Assembly: GCA_964016885.1 (NCBI GenBank)
Contig: OZ024764.1
Coordinates: 7,254,001-7,318,000, forward strand
Origin: Eledone cirrhosa
Taxonomy: Eukaryota
DNA: 64,000 nt
Direction of reading: 5' to 3'
Positions 10,701 through 25,700 of this stretch are shown piece by piece (within the stretch, counting starts at the first letter, position 1; each line of letters begins with the position of its first letter). Both the position numbers and the translations under genes were made by a program. Under the pieces are notes generated by a model. The model was not told where the DNA came from. It searched no databases and saw only the letters and a program-made list of their open reading frames with translations.

Positions 10701-13700
10701 CCCTACAGTAACCTACCCTACAGTAACCTACCCTATAGTAACCTACCCTACAGTAACCTACCCTACAGTATCCTACCCTACAGTATCCTACCCTACAGTA
10801 TCCTACCCTACAGTATCCTACCCTACAGTATCTTACCCTACAGTAACCTACCCTACAGTAACCTACCCTATGGTAACCTACCCTACAGTAACCTACCCTA
10901 CAGTATCCTACCCTACAGTAACCTACCCTATGGTAACCTACCCTACAGTATCCTACCCTACAGTAACCTACCCTATGGTAACCTACCCTACTGTATCCTA
11001 CCCTACAGTAACCTACCCTACAGTATCCTACCCTACAGTAACCTACCCTACAGTATCCTACCCTACAGTAACCTACCCTATGGTAACCTACCCTATAGTA
11101 ACCTACTCTACAGTATCCTACCCTACAGTAACCTACCCTACAGTATCCTACCCTACAGTAACCTACCCTACAGTAACCTAACCTATAGTAACCTACCCTA
11201 CAGTAACCTACCCTACAGTAACCTACCCTACAGTAACCTACCCTACAGTAACCTACCCTACAGTAACCTACCCTATGGTAACCTACCCTACAGTATCCTA
11301 CCCTACAGTATCCTACCCTACAGTAACCTACCCTACAGTATCCTACCCTACAGTAACCTACCCTACAGTAACCTACCCTACAGTAACCTACCCTACAGTA
11401 TCCTACCCTACAGTAACCTACCCTACAGTAACCTACCCTACAGTAACCTACCCTACAGTAACCTACCCTATAGTAACCTACCCTACAGTAACCTACCCTA
11501 CAGTAACCTACCCTACAGTAACCTACCCTACAGTAACCTACCCTACAGTAACCTACCCTACAGTAACCTACCCTACAGTAACCTACCCTATAGTAACCTA
11601 CCCTATAGTAACCTACCCTACAGTAACCTACCCTATAGTAACCTACCCTACAGTAACCTACCCTACAGTATCCTACCCTACAGTAACCTACCCTACAGTA
11701 ACCTACCCTACAGTAACCTACCCTACAGTAACCTACCCTACAGTAACCTACCCTACAGTAACCTACCCTACAGTATCCTACCCTATAGTAACCTACCCTA
11801 TAGTAACCTACCCTACAGTAACCTACCCTACAGTAACCTACCCTACAGTAACCTACCCTATAGTAACCTACCCTATAGTAACCTACCCTACAGTAACCTA
11901 CCCTACAGTATCCTACCCTATAGTAACCTACCCTATAGTAACCTACCCTACAGTAACCTACCCTACAGTAACCTACCCTACAGTATCCTACCCTACAGTA
12001 ACCTACCCTACAGTAACCTACCCTACAGTAACCTACCCTACAGTAACCTACCCTACAGTAACCTACCCTACAGTATCCTACCCTATAGTAACCTACCCTA
12101 TAGTAACCTACCCTACAGTAACCTACCCTACAGTAACCTACCCTACAGTATCCTACCCTATAGTAACCTACCCTATAGTAACCTACCCTACAGTAACCTA
12201 CCCTACAGTAACCTACCCTACAGTAACCTACCCTATAGTAACCTACCCTACAGTAACCTACCCTACAGTAACCTACCCTACAGTATCCTACCCTATAGTA
12301 ACCTACCCTATAGTAACCTACCCTACAGTAACCTACCCTACAGTAATCTACCCTACAGTATCCTACCCTACAGTAACCTACCCTACAGTAACCTACCCTA
12401 CAGTAACCTACCCTACAGTAACCTACCCTACAGTAACCTACCCTACAGTAACCTACCCTACAGTAACCTACCCTACAGTAACCTACCCTACAGTAACCTA
12501 CCTTACAGTAACCTACCCTACAGTAACCTACCCTATGGTAACCTACCCTACAGTAACCTACCCTACAGTAACCTACCCTACAGTAACCTACCCTACAGTA
12601 ACCTACCCTACAGTATCCTACCCTACAGTATCCTACCCTACAGTATCCTACCCTACAGTAACCTACCCTACAGTATCCTACCCTACAGTAACCTACCCTA
12701 CAGTATCCTACCCTACAGTAACCTACCCTACAGTAACCTACCCTATGGTAACCTACCCTACAGTAACCTACCCTATAGTAACCTACCCTACAGTAACCTA
12801 CCCTACAGTATCCTACCCTACAGTAACCTACCCTATGGTAACCTACCCTACAGTAACCTACCCTACAGTAACCTACCCTACAGTATCCTACCCTACAGTA
12901 ACCTACCCTATGGTAACCTACCCTACAGTAACCTACCCTACAGTAACCTACCCTACAGTAACCTACCCTACAGTAACCTACCCTATAGTAACCTACCCTA
13001 CAGTAACCTACCCTACAGTAACCTACCCTACAGTAACCTACCCTACAGTAACCTACCCTACAGTATCCTACCCTACAGTATCCTACCCTACAGTAACCTA
13101 CCCTACAGTAACCTACCCTATGGTAACCTACCCTATAGTAACCTACCCTACAGTAACCTACCCTACAGTAACCTACCCTACAGTAACCTACCCTACAGTA
13201 ACCTACCCTACGGTAACCTACCCTACAGTAACATACCCTACGGTAACCTACCCTACAGTAACCTACCCTACAGTATCCTACCCTACAGTAACCTACCCTA
13301 CAGTAACCTACCCTACAGTAACCTACCCTATGGTAACCTACCCTACAGTAACCTACCCTACGGTAACCTACCCTACAGTAACCTACCCTATAGTAACCTA
13401 CCCTACAGTAACCTACCCTACAGTATCCTACCCTACAGTATCCTACCCTACAGTATCCTACCCTACAGTAACCTACCCTACAGTATCCTACCCTATGGTA
13501 ACCTACCCTACAGTAACCTACCCTATAGTAACCTACCCTACAGTATCCTACCCTACAGTAACCTACCCTACAGTATCCTACCCTATGGTAACCTACCCTA
13601 CGGTAACCTACCCTACAGTAACCTACCCTACAGTAACCTACCCTACAGTATCCTACCCTACAGTAACCTACCCTACAGTATCCTACCCTACAGTAACCTA

Positions 13701-16700
13701 CCCTAGAGTATCCTACCCTACAGTATCCTACCCTACAGTAACCTACCCTACAGTAACCTACCCTATAGTAACCTACCCTACAGTATCCTACCCTACAGTA
13801 ACCTACCCTACAGTATCCTACCCTACAGTAACCTACCCTACAGTAACCTACCCTACAGTAACCTACCCTACAGTAACCTACCCTATAGTAACCTACCCTA
13901 CAGTATCCTACCCTACAGTAACCTACCCTACAGTATCCTACCCTACAGTAACCTACCCTACAGTAACCTACCCTACAGTAACCTACCCTACAGTAACCTA
14001 CCCTATAGTAACCTACCCTACAGTATCCTACCCTACAGTAACCTACCCTACAGTAACCTACCCTACAGTAACCTACCCTACAGTAACCTACCCTACAGTA
14101 TCCTACCCTACAGTAACCTACCCTACAGTAACCTACCCTACAGTAACCTACCCTACAGTAACCTACCCTACAGTAACCTACCCTACAGTAACCTACCCTA
14201 TAGTAACCTACCCTACAGTATCCTACCCTACAGTAACCTACCCTACAGTAACCTACCCTACAGTAACCTACCCTACAGTAACCTACCCTACAGTAACCTA
14301 CCCTACAGTATCCTACCCTACAGTAACCTACCCTACAGTAACCTACCCTATAGTATCCTACCCTATGGTAACCTACCCTACAGTATCCTACCCTACAGTA
14401 TCCTACCCTACAGTATCCTACCCTACAGTAACCTACCCTACAGTAACCTACCCTACAGTAACCTACCCTACAGTAACCTACCCTACAGTAACCTACCCTA
14501 CAGTAACCTACCCTACAGTAACCTACCCTATAGTAACCTACCCTACAGTATCCTACCCTACAGTAACCTACCCTATGGTAACCTACCCTACAGTAACCTA
14601 CCCTACAGTAACCTACCCTACAGTAACCTACCCTACAGTAACCTACCCTACAGTATCCTACCCTACAGTAACCTACCCTACAGTAACCTACCCTATAGTA
14701 TCCTACCCTATGGTAACCTACCCTACAGTATCCTACCCTACAGTATCCTACCCTACAGTATCCTACCCTACAGTAACCTACCCTACAGTAACCTACCCTA
14801 CAGTATCCTACCCTACAGTATCCTACCCTACAGTAACCTACCCTACAGTATCCTACCCTACAGTAACCTACCCTACAGTATCCTACCCTACAGTATCCTA
14901 CCCTACAGTAACCTACCCTACAGTAACCTACACTATGGTAACCTAACCTATGGTAACCTACCCTACAGTAACCTACCCTATGGTAACCTAACCTATGGTA
15001 ACCTACCCTACGGTAACCTACCCTACAGTAACCTACCCTACAGTAACCTACCCTACAGTAACCTACCCTACAGTATCCTACCCTACAGTAACCTACCCTA
15101 CAGTATCCTACCCTACAGTAACCTACCCTACAGTAACCTACACTATGGTAACCTAACCTATGGTAACCTACCCTACAGTAACCTACCCTATGGTAACCTA
15201 CCCTATAGTAACCTACCCTACAGTAACCTACCCTACAGTATCCTACCCTACAGTAACCTACCCTACAGTATCCTACCCTACAGTAACCTACCCTACAGTA
15301 TCCTACCCTACAGTAACCTACCCTACAGTAACCTACCCTACAGTAACCTACCCTACAGTAACCTACCCTACAGTATCCTACCCTACAGTAACCTACCCTA
15401 CAGTAACCTACCCTACAGTAACCTACCCTACAGTAACCTACCCTACAGTATCCTACCCTACAGTATCCTACCCTACAGTAACCTACCCTACAGTAACCTA
15501 CCCTACAGTAACCTACCCTACAGTATCCTACCCTACAGTAACCTACCCTACAGTAACCTACCCTACAGTATCCTACCCTATAGTAACCTACCCTACAGTA
15601 TCCTACCCTACAGTAACCTACCCTACAGTAACCTACCCTACAGTAACCTACCCTACAGTATCCTACCCTACAGTAACCTACCCTACAGTAACCTACCCTA
15701 CAGTAACCTACCCTACAGTAACCTACCCTATGGTAACCTACCAGACAGTATCCTACCCTACAGTATCCTACCCTATAGTAACCTACCCTACAGTAACCTA
15801 CCCTACAGTAACCTACCCTACAGTAACCTACCCTATGGTAACCTACCCTATAGTAACCTACCATACAGTAACCTGCCCTATGGTAACCTACCCTACAGTA
15901 TCCTACCCTACAGTATCCTACCCTACAGTAACCTACCCTACAGTAACCTACCCTACAGTAACCTACCCTACAGTAACCTACCCTACAGTATCCTACCCTA
16001 CAGTAACCTACCCTACAGTAACCTACCCTACAGTATCCTACCCTACAGTAACCTACCCTACAGTAACCTACCCTACAGTAACCTACCCTACAGTATCCTA
16101 CCCTACAGTAACCTACCCTACAGTAACCTACCCTACAGTAACCTACCCTACAGTATCCTACCCTACAGTAACCTACCCTACAGTAACCTACCCTACAGTA
16201 TCCTACCCTATAGTAACCTACCCTACAGTATCCTACCCTACAGTAACCTACCCTACAGTAACCTACCCTACAGTAACCTACCCTACAGTATCCTACCCTA
16301 CAGTAACCTACCCTACAGTAACCTACCCTACAGTAACCTACCCTACAGTAACCTACCCTATGGTAACCTACCAGACAGTATCCTACCCTACAGTATCCTA
16401 CCCTATAGTAACCTACCCTACAGTAACCTACCCTACAGTAACCTACCCTACAGTAACCTACCCTATGGTAACCTACCCTATAGTAACCTACCATACAGTA
16501 ACCTGCCCTATGGTAACCTACCCTACAGTATCCTACCCTACAGTATCCTACCCTACAGTAACCTACCCTACAGTAACCTACCCTACAGTAACCTACCCTA
16601 CAGTAACCTACCCTACAGTAACCTACCCTACAGTATCCTACCCTACAGTAACCTACCCTACAGTAACCTACCCTACAGTATCCTACCCTACAGTAACCTA

Positions 16701-19700
16701 CCCTACAGTAACCTACCCTATAGTAACCTACCCTACAGTAACCTACCCTATGGTAACCTACCCTATAGTATCCTACCCTACAGTATCCTACCCTACAGTA
16801 ACCTACCCTACAGTAACCTACCCTACAGTAACCTACCCTATAGTAACCTACCCTACAGTAACCTACCCTACAGTAACCTACCCTACAGTAACCTACCCTA
16901 CAGTAACCTACCCTACAGTATCCTACCCTACAGTAACCTACCCTACAGTAACCTACCCTACAGTAACCTACCCTACAGTAACCTACCCTACAGTAACCTA
17001 CCCTACAGTATCCTACCCTATAGTAACCTACCCTATAGTAACCTACCCTACAGTAACCTACCCTACAGTAACCTACCCTACAGTATCCTACCCTATAGTA
17101 ACCTACCCTATAGTAACCTACCCTACAGTAACCTACCCTACAGTAACCTACCCTACAGTAACCTACCCTATAGTAACCTACCCTACAGTAACCTACCCTA
17201 CAGTAACCTACCCTATAGTAACCTACCCTACAGTAACCTACCCTACAGTATCCTACCCTACAGTAACCTACCCTACAGTAACCTACCCTACAGTAACCTA
17301 CCCTACAGTAACCTACCCTACAGTAACCTACCCTACAGTAACCTACCCTACAGTAACCTACCCTACAGTAACCTACCCTACAGTAACCTACCCTACAGTA
17401 ACCTACCTTACAGTAACCTACCCTACAGTAACCTACCCTATGGTAACCTACCCTACAGTAACCTACCCTACAGTAACCTACCCTACAGTAACCTACCCTA
17501 CAGTAACCTACCCTACAGTATCCTACCCTACAGTAACCTACCCTACAGTATCCTACCCTACAGTATCCTACCCTACAGTAACCTACCCTACAGTATCCTA
17601 CCCTACAGTAACCTACCCTACAGTATCCTACCCTACAGTAACCTACCCTACAGTAACCTACCCTATGGTAACCTACCCTACAGTAACCTACCCTATAGTA
17701 ACCTACCCTACAGTAACCTACCCTACAGTAACCTACCCTACAGTATCCTACCCTACAGTAACCTACCCTACAGTAACCTACCCTATGGTAACCTACCCTA
17801 CAGTAACCTACCCTACAGTAACCTACCCTACAGTAACCTACCCTACAGTATCCTACCCTACAGTAACCTACCCTACAGTAACCTACCCTACAGTAACCTA
17901 CCCTACAGTAACCTACCCTACAGTATCCTACCCTACAGTAACCTACCCTACAGTAACCTACCCTACAGTATCCTACCCTACAGTAACCTACCCTACAGTA
18001 ACCTACCCTACAGTAACCTACCCTACAGTAACCTACCCTACAGTAACCTACCCTACAGTATCCTACCCTACAGTATCCTACCCTACGGTAACCTACCCTA
18101 CGGTAACCTACCCTACGGTAACCTACCCTACTGTAACCTACCCTACAGTAACCTACCCTACAGTATCCTACCCTACAGTAACCTACCCTACAGTATCCTA
18201 CCCTACAGTAACCTACCCTACAGTAACCTACCCTACAGTAACCTACCCTACAGTAACCTACCCTACAGTAACCTACCCTACAGTAACCTACCCTACAGTA
18301 ACCTACCCTACAGTATCCTACCCTACAGTAACCTACCCTACAGTATCCTACCCTACAGTATCCTACCCTACAGTAACCTACCCTACAGTAACCTACCCTA
18401 CAGTAACCTACCCTACAGTAACCTACCCTACAGTATCCTACCCTACAGTAACCTACCCTACAGTAACCTACCCTACAGTATCCTACCCTACAGTAACCTA
18501 CCCTACAGTAACCTACCCTACAGTAACCTACCCTACAGTATCCTACCCTACAGTAACCTACCCTACAGTATCCTACCCTACAGTAACCTACCCTACAGTA
18601 ACCTACCCTACAGTAACCTACCCTACAGTAACCTACCCTACAGTAACCTACCCTACAGTAACCTACCCTACAGTATCCTACCCTACAGTAACCTACCCTA
18701 CAGTATCCTACCCTACAGTATCCTACCCTACAGTATCCTACCCTACAGTATCCTACCCTACAGTAACCTACCCTATAGTAACCTACCCTACAGTAACCTA
18801 CCCTACAGTATCCTACCCTACAGTAACCTACCCTACAGTAACCTACCCTACAGTAACCTACCCTACAGTAACCTACCCTACAGTATCCTACCCTACAGTA
18901 ACCTACCCTACAGTAACCTACCCTACAGTATCCTACCCTACAGTAACCTACCCTACAGTAACCTACCCTACAGTAACCTACCCTACAGTAACCTACCCTA
19001 CAGTAACCTACCCTACAGTATCCTACCCTACAGTATCCTACCCTATAGTAACCTACCCTATGGTAACCTACCCTACAGTATCCTACCCTACAGTAACCTA
19101 CTCTACAGTATCCTACCCTACAGTAACCTACCCTACAGTAACCTACCCTACAGTAACCTACCCTACAGTATCCTACCCTACAGTATCCTACCCTACAGTA
19201 TCCTACCCTATAGTAACCTACCCTATGGTAACCTACCCTACAGTATCCTACCCTACAGTAACCTACCCTACAGTATCCTACCCTACAGTAACCTACCCTA
19301 CAGTAACCTACCCTATAGTAACCTACCCTAAGGTAACCTACCCTACAGTAACCTACCCTACAGTATCCTACCCTATGGTAACCTACCCTACAGTATCCTA
19401 CCCTATAGTAAACTACCCTACAGTATCCTACCCTACAGTATCCTACCCTACAGTATCCTACCCTATAGTAACCTACCCTATAGTAACCTACCCTATGGTA
19501 ACCTACCCTACAGTAACCTACCCTACAGTATCCTACCCTACAGTATCCTACCCTACAGTAACCTACCCTACAGTAACCTACCCTATAGTAACCTACCCTA
19601 CAGTAACCTACCCTATAGTAACCTACCCTATGGTAACCTACCCTACGGTAACCTACCCTACAGTAACCTACCCTACAGTATCCTACCCTACAGTAACCTA

Positions 19701-22700
19701 CCCTACAGTAACCTACCCTACAGTAACCTACCCTATGGTAACCTACCCTACAGTAACCTACCCTACAGTATCCTACCCTATGGTAACCTACCCTACAGTA
19801 ACCTACCCTACAGTAACCTACCCTACAGTAACCTACCCTACAGTATCCTACCCTATGGTAACCTACCCTACAGTAACCTACCCTACAGTATCCTACCCTA
19901 TGGTAACCTACCCTACAGTAACCTACCCTACAGTAACCTACCCTACAGTATCCTACCCTACAGTATCCTACCCTACAGTATCCTACCCTACAGTAACCTA
20001 CCCTACAGTAACCTACCCTATAGTAACCTACCCTATGGTAACCTACCCTACGGTAACCTACCCTACAGTAACCTACCCTACAGTAACCTACCCTACAGTA
20101 ACCTACCCTATAGTAACCTACCCTACAGTAACCTACCCTATAGTAACCTACCCTACAGTAACCTACCCTACAGTAACCTACCCTACAGTAACCTACCCTA
20201 CAGTAACCTACCCTACAGTAACCTACCCTACAGTAACCTACCCTACAGTAACCTACCCTACAGTATCCTACCCTACAGTATCCTACCCTACAGTAACCTA
20301 CCCTATGGTAACCTACCCTACAGTAACCTACCCTACAGTATCCTACCCTACAGTATCCTACCCTACAGTATCCTACCCTACAGTAACCTACCCTATAGTA
20401 ACCTACCCTACAGTAACCTACCCTATAGTAACCTACCCTACAGTAACCTACCCTATGGTAACCTACCCTATGGTAACCTACCCTACAGTATCCTACCCTA
20501 CAGTAACCTACCCTACAGTATCCTACCCTACAGTAACCTACCCTACAGTAACCTACCCTACAGTAACCTACCCTATAGTAACCTACCCTATAGTAACCTA
20601 CCCTACAGTATCCTACCCTACAGTAACCTACCCTATAGTAACCTACCCTACAGTAACCTACCCTACAGTATCCTACCCTACAGTAACCTACCCTACAGTA
20701 ACCTACCCTATGGTAACCTACCCTACGGTAACCTACCCTACAGTAACCTACCCTATAGTAACCTACCCTACAGTAACCTACCCTACAGTATCCTACCCTA
20801 CAGTAACCTACCCTACAGTAACCTACCCTATGGTAACCTACCCTACAGTAACCTACCCTACAGTAACCTACCCTACAGTAACCTACCCTATAGTAACCTA
20901 CCCTACAGTAACCTACCCTACAGTATCCTACCCTACAGTATCCTACCCTACAGTATCCTACCCTACAGTATCCTACCCTACAGTATCTTACCCTACAGTA
21001 ACCTACCCTACAGTAACCTACCCTATGGTAACCTACCCTACAGTAACCTACCCTACAGTATCCTACCCTACAGTAACCTACCCTATGGTAACCTACCCTA
21101 CAGTATCCTACCCTACAGTAACCTACCCTATGGTAACCTACCCTACTGTATCCTACCCTACAGTAACCTACCCTACAGTATCCTACCCTACAGTAACCTA
21201 CCCTACAGTATCCTACCCTACAGTAACCTACCCTATGGTAACCTACCCTATAGTAACCTACTCTACAGTATCCTACCCTACAGTAACCTACCCTACAGTA
21301 TCCTACCCTACAGTAACCTACCCTACAGTAACCTAACCTATAGTAACCTACCCTACAGTAACCTACCCTACAGTAACCTACCCTACAGTAACCTACCCTA
21401 CAGTAACCTACCCTACAGTAACCTACCCTATGGTAACCTACCCTACAGTATCCTACCCTACAGTATCCTACCCTACAGTAACCTACCCTACAGTATCCTA
21501 CCCTACAGTAACCTACCCTACAGTAACCTACCCTACAGTAACCTACCCTACAGTATCCTACCCTACAGTAACCTACCCTACAGTAACCTACCCTACAGTA
21601 ACCTACCCTACAGTAACCTACCCTATAGTAACCTACCCTACAGTAACCTACCCTACAGTATCCTACCCTACAGTAACCTACCCTACAGTAACCTACCCTA
21701 CAGTAACCTACCCTACAGTAACCTACCCTACAGTAACCTACCCTACAGTAACCTACCCTATAGTAACCTACCCTATAGTAACCTACCCTACAGTAACCTA
21801 CCCTATAGTAACCTACCCTACAGTAACCTACCCTACAGTATCCTACCCTACAGTAACCTACCCTACAGTAACCTACCCTACAGTAACCTACCCTACAGTA
21901 ACCTACCCTACAGTAACCTACCCTACAGTAACCTACCCTACAGTATCCTACCCTATAGTAACCTACCCTATAGTAACCTACCCTACAGTAACCTACCCTA
22001 CAGTAACCTACCCTACAGTAACCTACCCTATAGTAACCTACCCTACAGTAACCTACCCTACAGTAACCTACCCTACAGTATCCTACCCTATAGTAACCTA
22101 CCCTATAGTAACCTACCCTACAGTAACCTACCCTACAGTAACCTACCCTACAGTATCCTACCCTACAGTAACCTACCCTACAGTAACCTACCCTACAGTA
22201 ACCTACCCTACAGTAACCTACCCTACAGTAACCTACCCTACAGTATCCTACCCTATAGTAACCTACCCTATAGTAACCTACCCTACAGTAACCTACCCTA
22301 CAGTAACCTACCCTACAGTATCCTACCCTATAGTAACCTACCCTATAGTAACCTACCCTACAGTAACCTACCCTACAGTAACCTACCCTACAGTAACCTA
22401 CCCTATAGTAACCTACCCTACAGTAACCTACCCTACAGTAACCTACCCTACAGTATCCTACCCTATAGTAACCTACCCTATAGTAACCTACCCTACAGTA
22501 ACCTACCCTACAGTAATCTACCCTACAGTATCCTACCCTACAGTAACCTACCCTACAGTAACCTACCCTACAGTAACCTACCCTACAGTAACCTACCCTA
22601 CAGTAACCTACCCTACAGTAACCTACCCTACAGTAACCTACCCTACAGTAACCTACCCTACAGTAACCTACCTTACAGTAACCTACCCTACAGTAACCTA

Positions 22701-25700
22701 CCCTATGGTAACCTACCCTACAGTAACCTACCCTACAGTAACCTACCCTACAGTAACCTACCCTACAGTAACCTACCCTACAGTATCCTACCCTACAGTA
22801 TCCTACCCTACAGTATCCTACCCTACAGTAACCTACCCTACAGTATCCTACCCTACAGTAACCTACCCTACAGTATCCTACCCTACAGTAACCTACCCTA
22901 CAGTAACCTACCCTATGGTAACCTACCCTACAGTAACCTACCCTATAGTAACCTACCCTACAGTAACCTACCCTACAGTAACCTACCCTACAGTATCCTA
23001 CCCTACAGTAACCTACCCTATGGTAACCTACCCTACAGTAACCTACCCTACAGTAACCTACCCTACAGTATCCTACCCTACAGTAACCTACCCTATGGTA
23101 ACCTACCCTACAGTAACCTACCCTACAGTAACCTACCCTACAGTAACCTACCCTACAGTAACCTACCCTATAGTAACCTACCCTACAGTAACCTACCCTA
23201 CAGTAACCTACCCTACAGTAACCTACCCTACAGTAACCTACCCTACAGTATCCTACCCTACAGTATCCTACCCTACAGTAACCTACCCTACAGTAACCTA
23301 CCCTATGGTAACCTACCCTATGGTAACCTACCCTACAGTAACCTACCCTACAGTAACCTACCCTACAGTAACCTACCCTACGGTAACCTACCCTACGGTA
23401 ACCTACCCTACAGTAACATACCCTACGGTAACCTACCCTACAGTAACCTACCCTACAGTATCCTACCCTACAGTAACCTACCCTACAGTAACCTACCCTA
23501 CAGTAACCTACCCTATGGTAACCTACCCTACAGTAACCTACCCTACGGTAACCTACCCTACAGTAACCTACCCTATAGTAACCTACCCTACAGTAACCTA
23601 CCCTACAGTATCCTACCCTACAGTATCCTACCCTACAGTATCCTACCCTACAGTAACCTACCCTACAGTATCCTACCCTATGGTAACCTACCCTACAGTA
23701 ACCTACCCTATAGTAACCTACCCTACAGTATCCTACCCTACAGTAACCTACCCTACAGTATCCTACCCTATGGTAACCTACCCTACGGTAACCTACCCTA
23801 CAGTAACCTACCCTACAGTAACCTACCCTACAGTATCCTACCCTACAGTAACCTACCCTACAGTATCCTACCCTACAGTAACCTACCCTAGAGTATCCTA
23901 CCCTACAGTATCCTACCCTACAGTAACCTACCCTACAGTAACCTACCCTATAGTAACCTACCCTACAGTATCCTACCCTACAGTAACCTACCCTACAGTA
24001 TCCTACCCTACAGTAACCTACCCTACAGTAACCTACCCTACAGTAACCTACCCTACAGTAACCTACCCTATAGTAACCTACCCTACAGTATCCTACCCTA
24101 CAGTAACCTACCCTACAGTATCCTACCCTACAGTAACCTACCCTACAGTAACCTACCCTACAGTAACCTACCCTACAGTAACCTACCCTATAGTAACCTA
24201 CCCTACAGTATCCTACCCTACAGTAACCTACCCTACAGTAACCTACCCTACAGTAACCTACCCTACAGTAACCTACCCTACAGTATCCTACCCTACAGTA
24301 ACCTACCCTACAGTAACCTACCCTACAGTAACCTACCCTACAGTAACCTACCCTACAGTAACCTACCCTACAGTAACCTACCCTATAGTAACCTACCCTA
24401 CAGTATCCTACCCTACAGTAACCTACCCTACAGTAACCTACCCTACAGTAACCTACCCTACAGTAACCTACCCTACAGTAACCTACCCTACAGTATCCTA
24501 CCCTACAGTAACCTACCCTACAGTAACCTACCCTATAGTATCCTACCCTATGGTAACCTACCCTACAGTATCCTACCCTACAGTATCCTACCCTACAGTA
24601 TCCTACCCTACAGTAACCTACCCTACAGTAACCTACCCTACAGTAACCTACCCTACAGTAACCTACCCTACAGTAACCTACCCTACAGTAACCTACCCTA
24701 CAGTAACCTACCCTACAGTAACCTACCCTACAGTATCCTACCCTACAGTAACCTACCCTACAGTAACCTACCCTACAGTAACCTACCCTACAGTAACCTA
24801 CCCTATGGTAACCTACCAGACAGTATCCTACCCTACAGTATCCTACCCTATAGTAACCTACCCTACAGTAACCTACCCTACAGTAACCTACCCTACAGTA
24901 ACCTACCCTATGGTAACCTACCCTATAGTAACCTACCATACAGTAACCTGCCCTATGGTAACCTACCCTACAGTATCCTACCCTACAGTATCCTACCCTA
25001 CAGTAACCTACCCTACAGTAACCTACCCTACAGTAACCTACCCTACAGTAACCTACCCTACAGTATCCTACCCTACAGTAACCTACCCTACAGTAACCTA
25101 CCCTACAGTATCCTACCCTACAGTAACCTACCCTACAGTAACCTACCCTACAGTAACCTACCCTACAGTATCCTACCCTACAGTAACCTACCCTACAGTA
25201 ACCTACCCTACAGTAACCTACCCTACAGTATCCTACCCTACAGTAACCTACCCTACAGTAACCTACCCTACAGTATCCTACCCTACAGTAACCTACCCTA
25301 CAGTATCCTACCCTATGGTAACCTACCCTACAGTAACCTACCCTATAGTAACCAACCCTACAGTATCCTACCCTACAGTAACCTACCCTACAGTATCCTA
25401 CCCTATGGTAACCTACCCTACGGTAACCTACCCTACAGTAACCTACCCTACAGTAACCTACCCTACAGTATCCTACCCTACAGTAACCTACCCTACAGTA
25501 TCCTACCCTACAGTAACCTACCCTAGAGTATCCTACCCTACAGTATCCTACCCTACAGTAACCTACCCTACAGTAACCTACCCTATAGTAACCTACCCTA
25601 CAGTATCCTACCCTACAGTAACCTACCCTACAGTATCCTACCCTACAGTAACCTACCCTACAGTAACCTACCCTACAGTAACCTACCCTACAGTAACCTA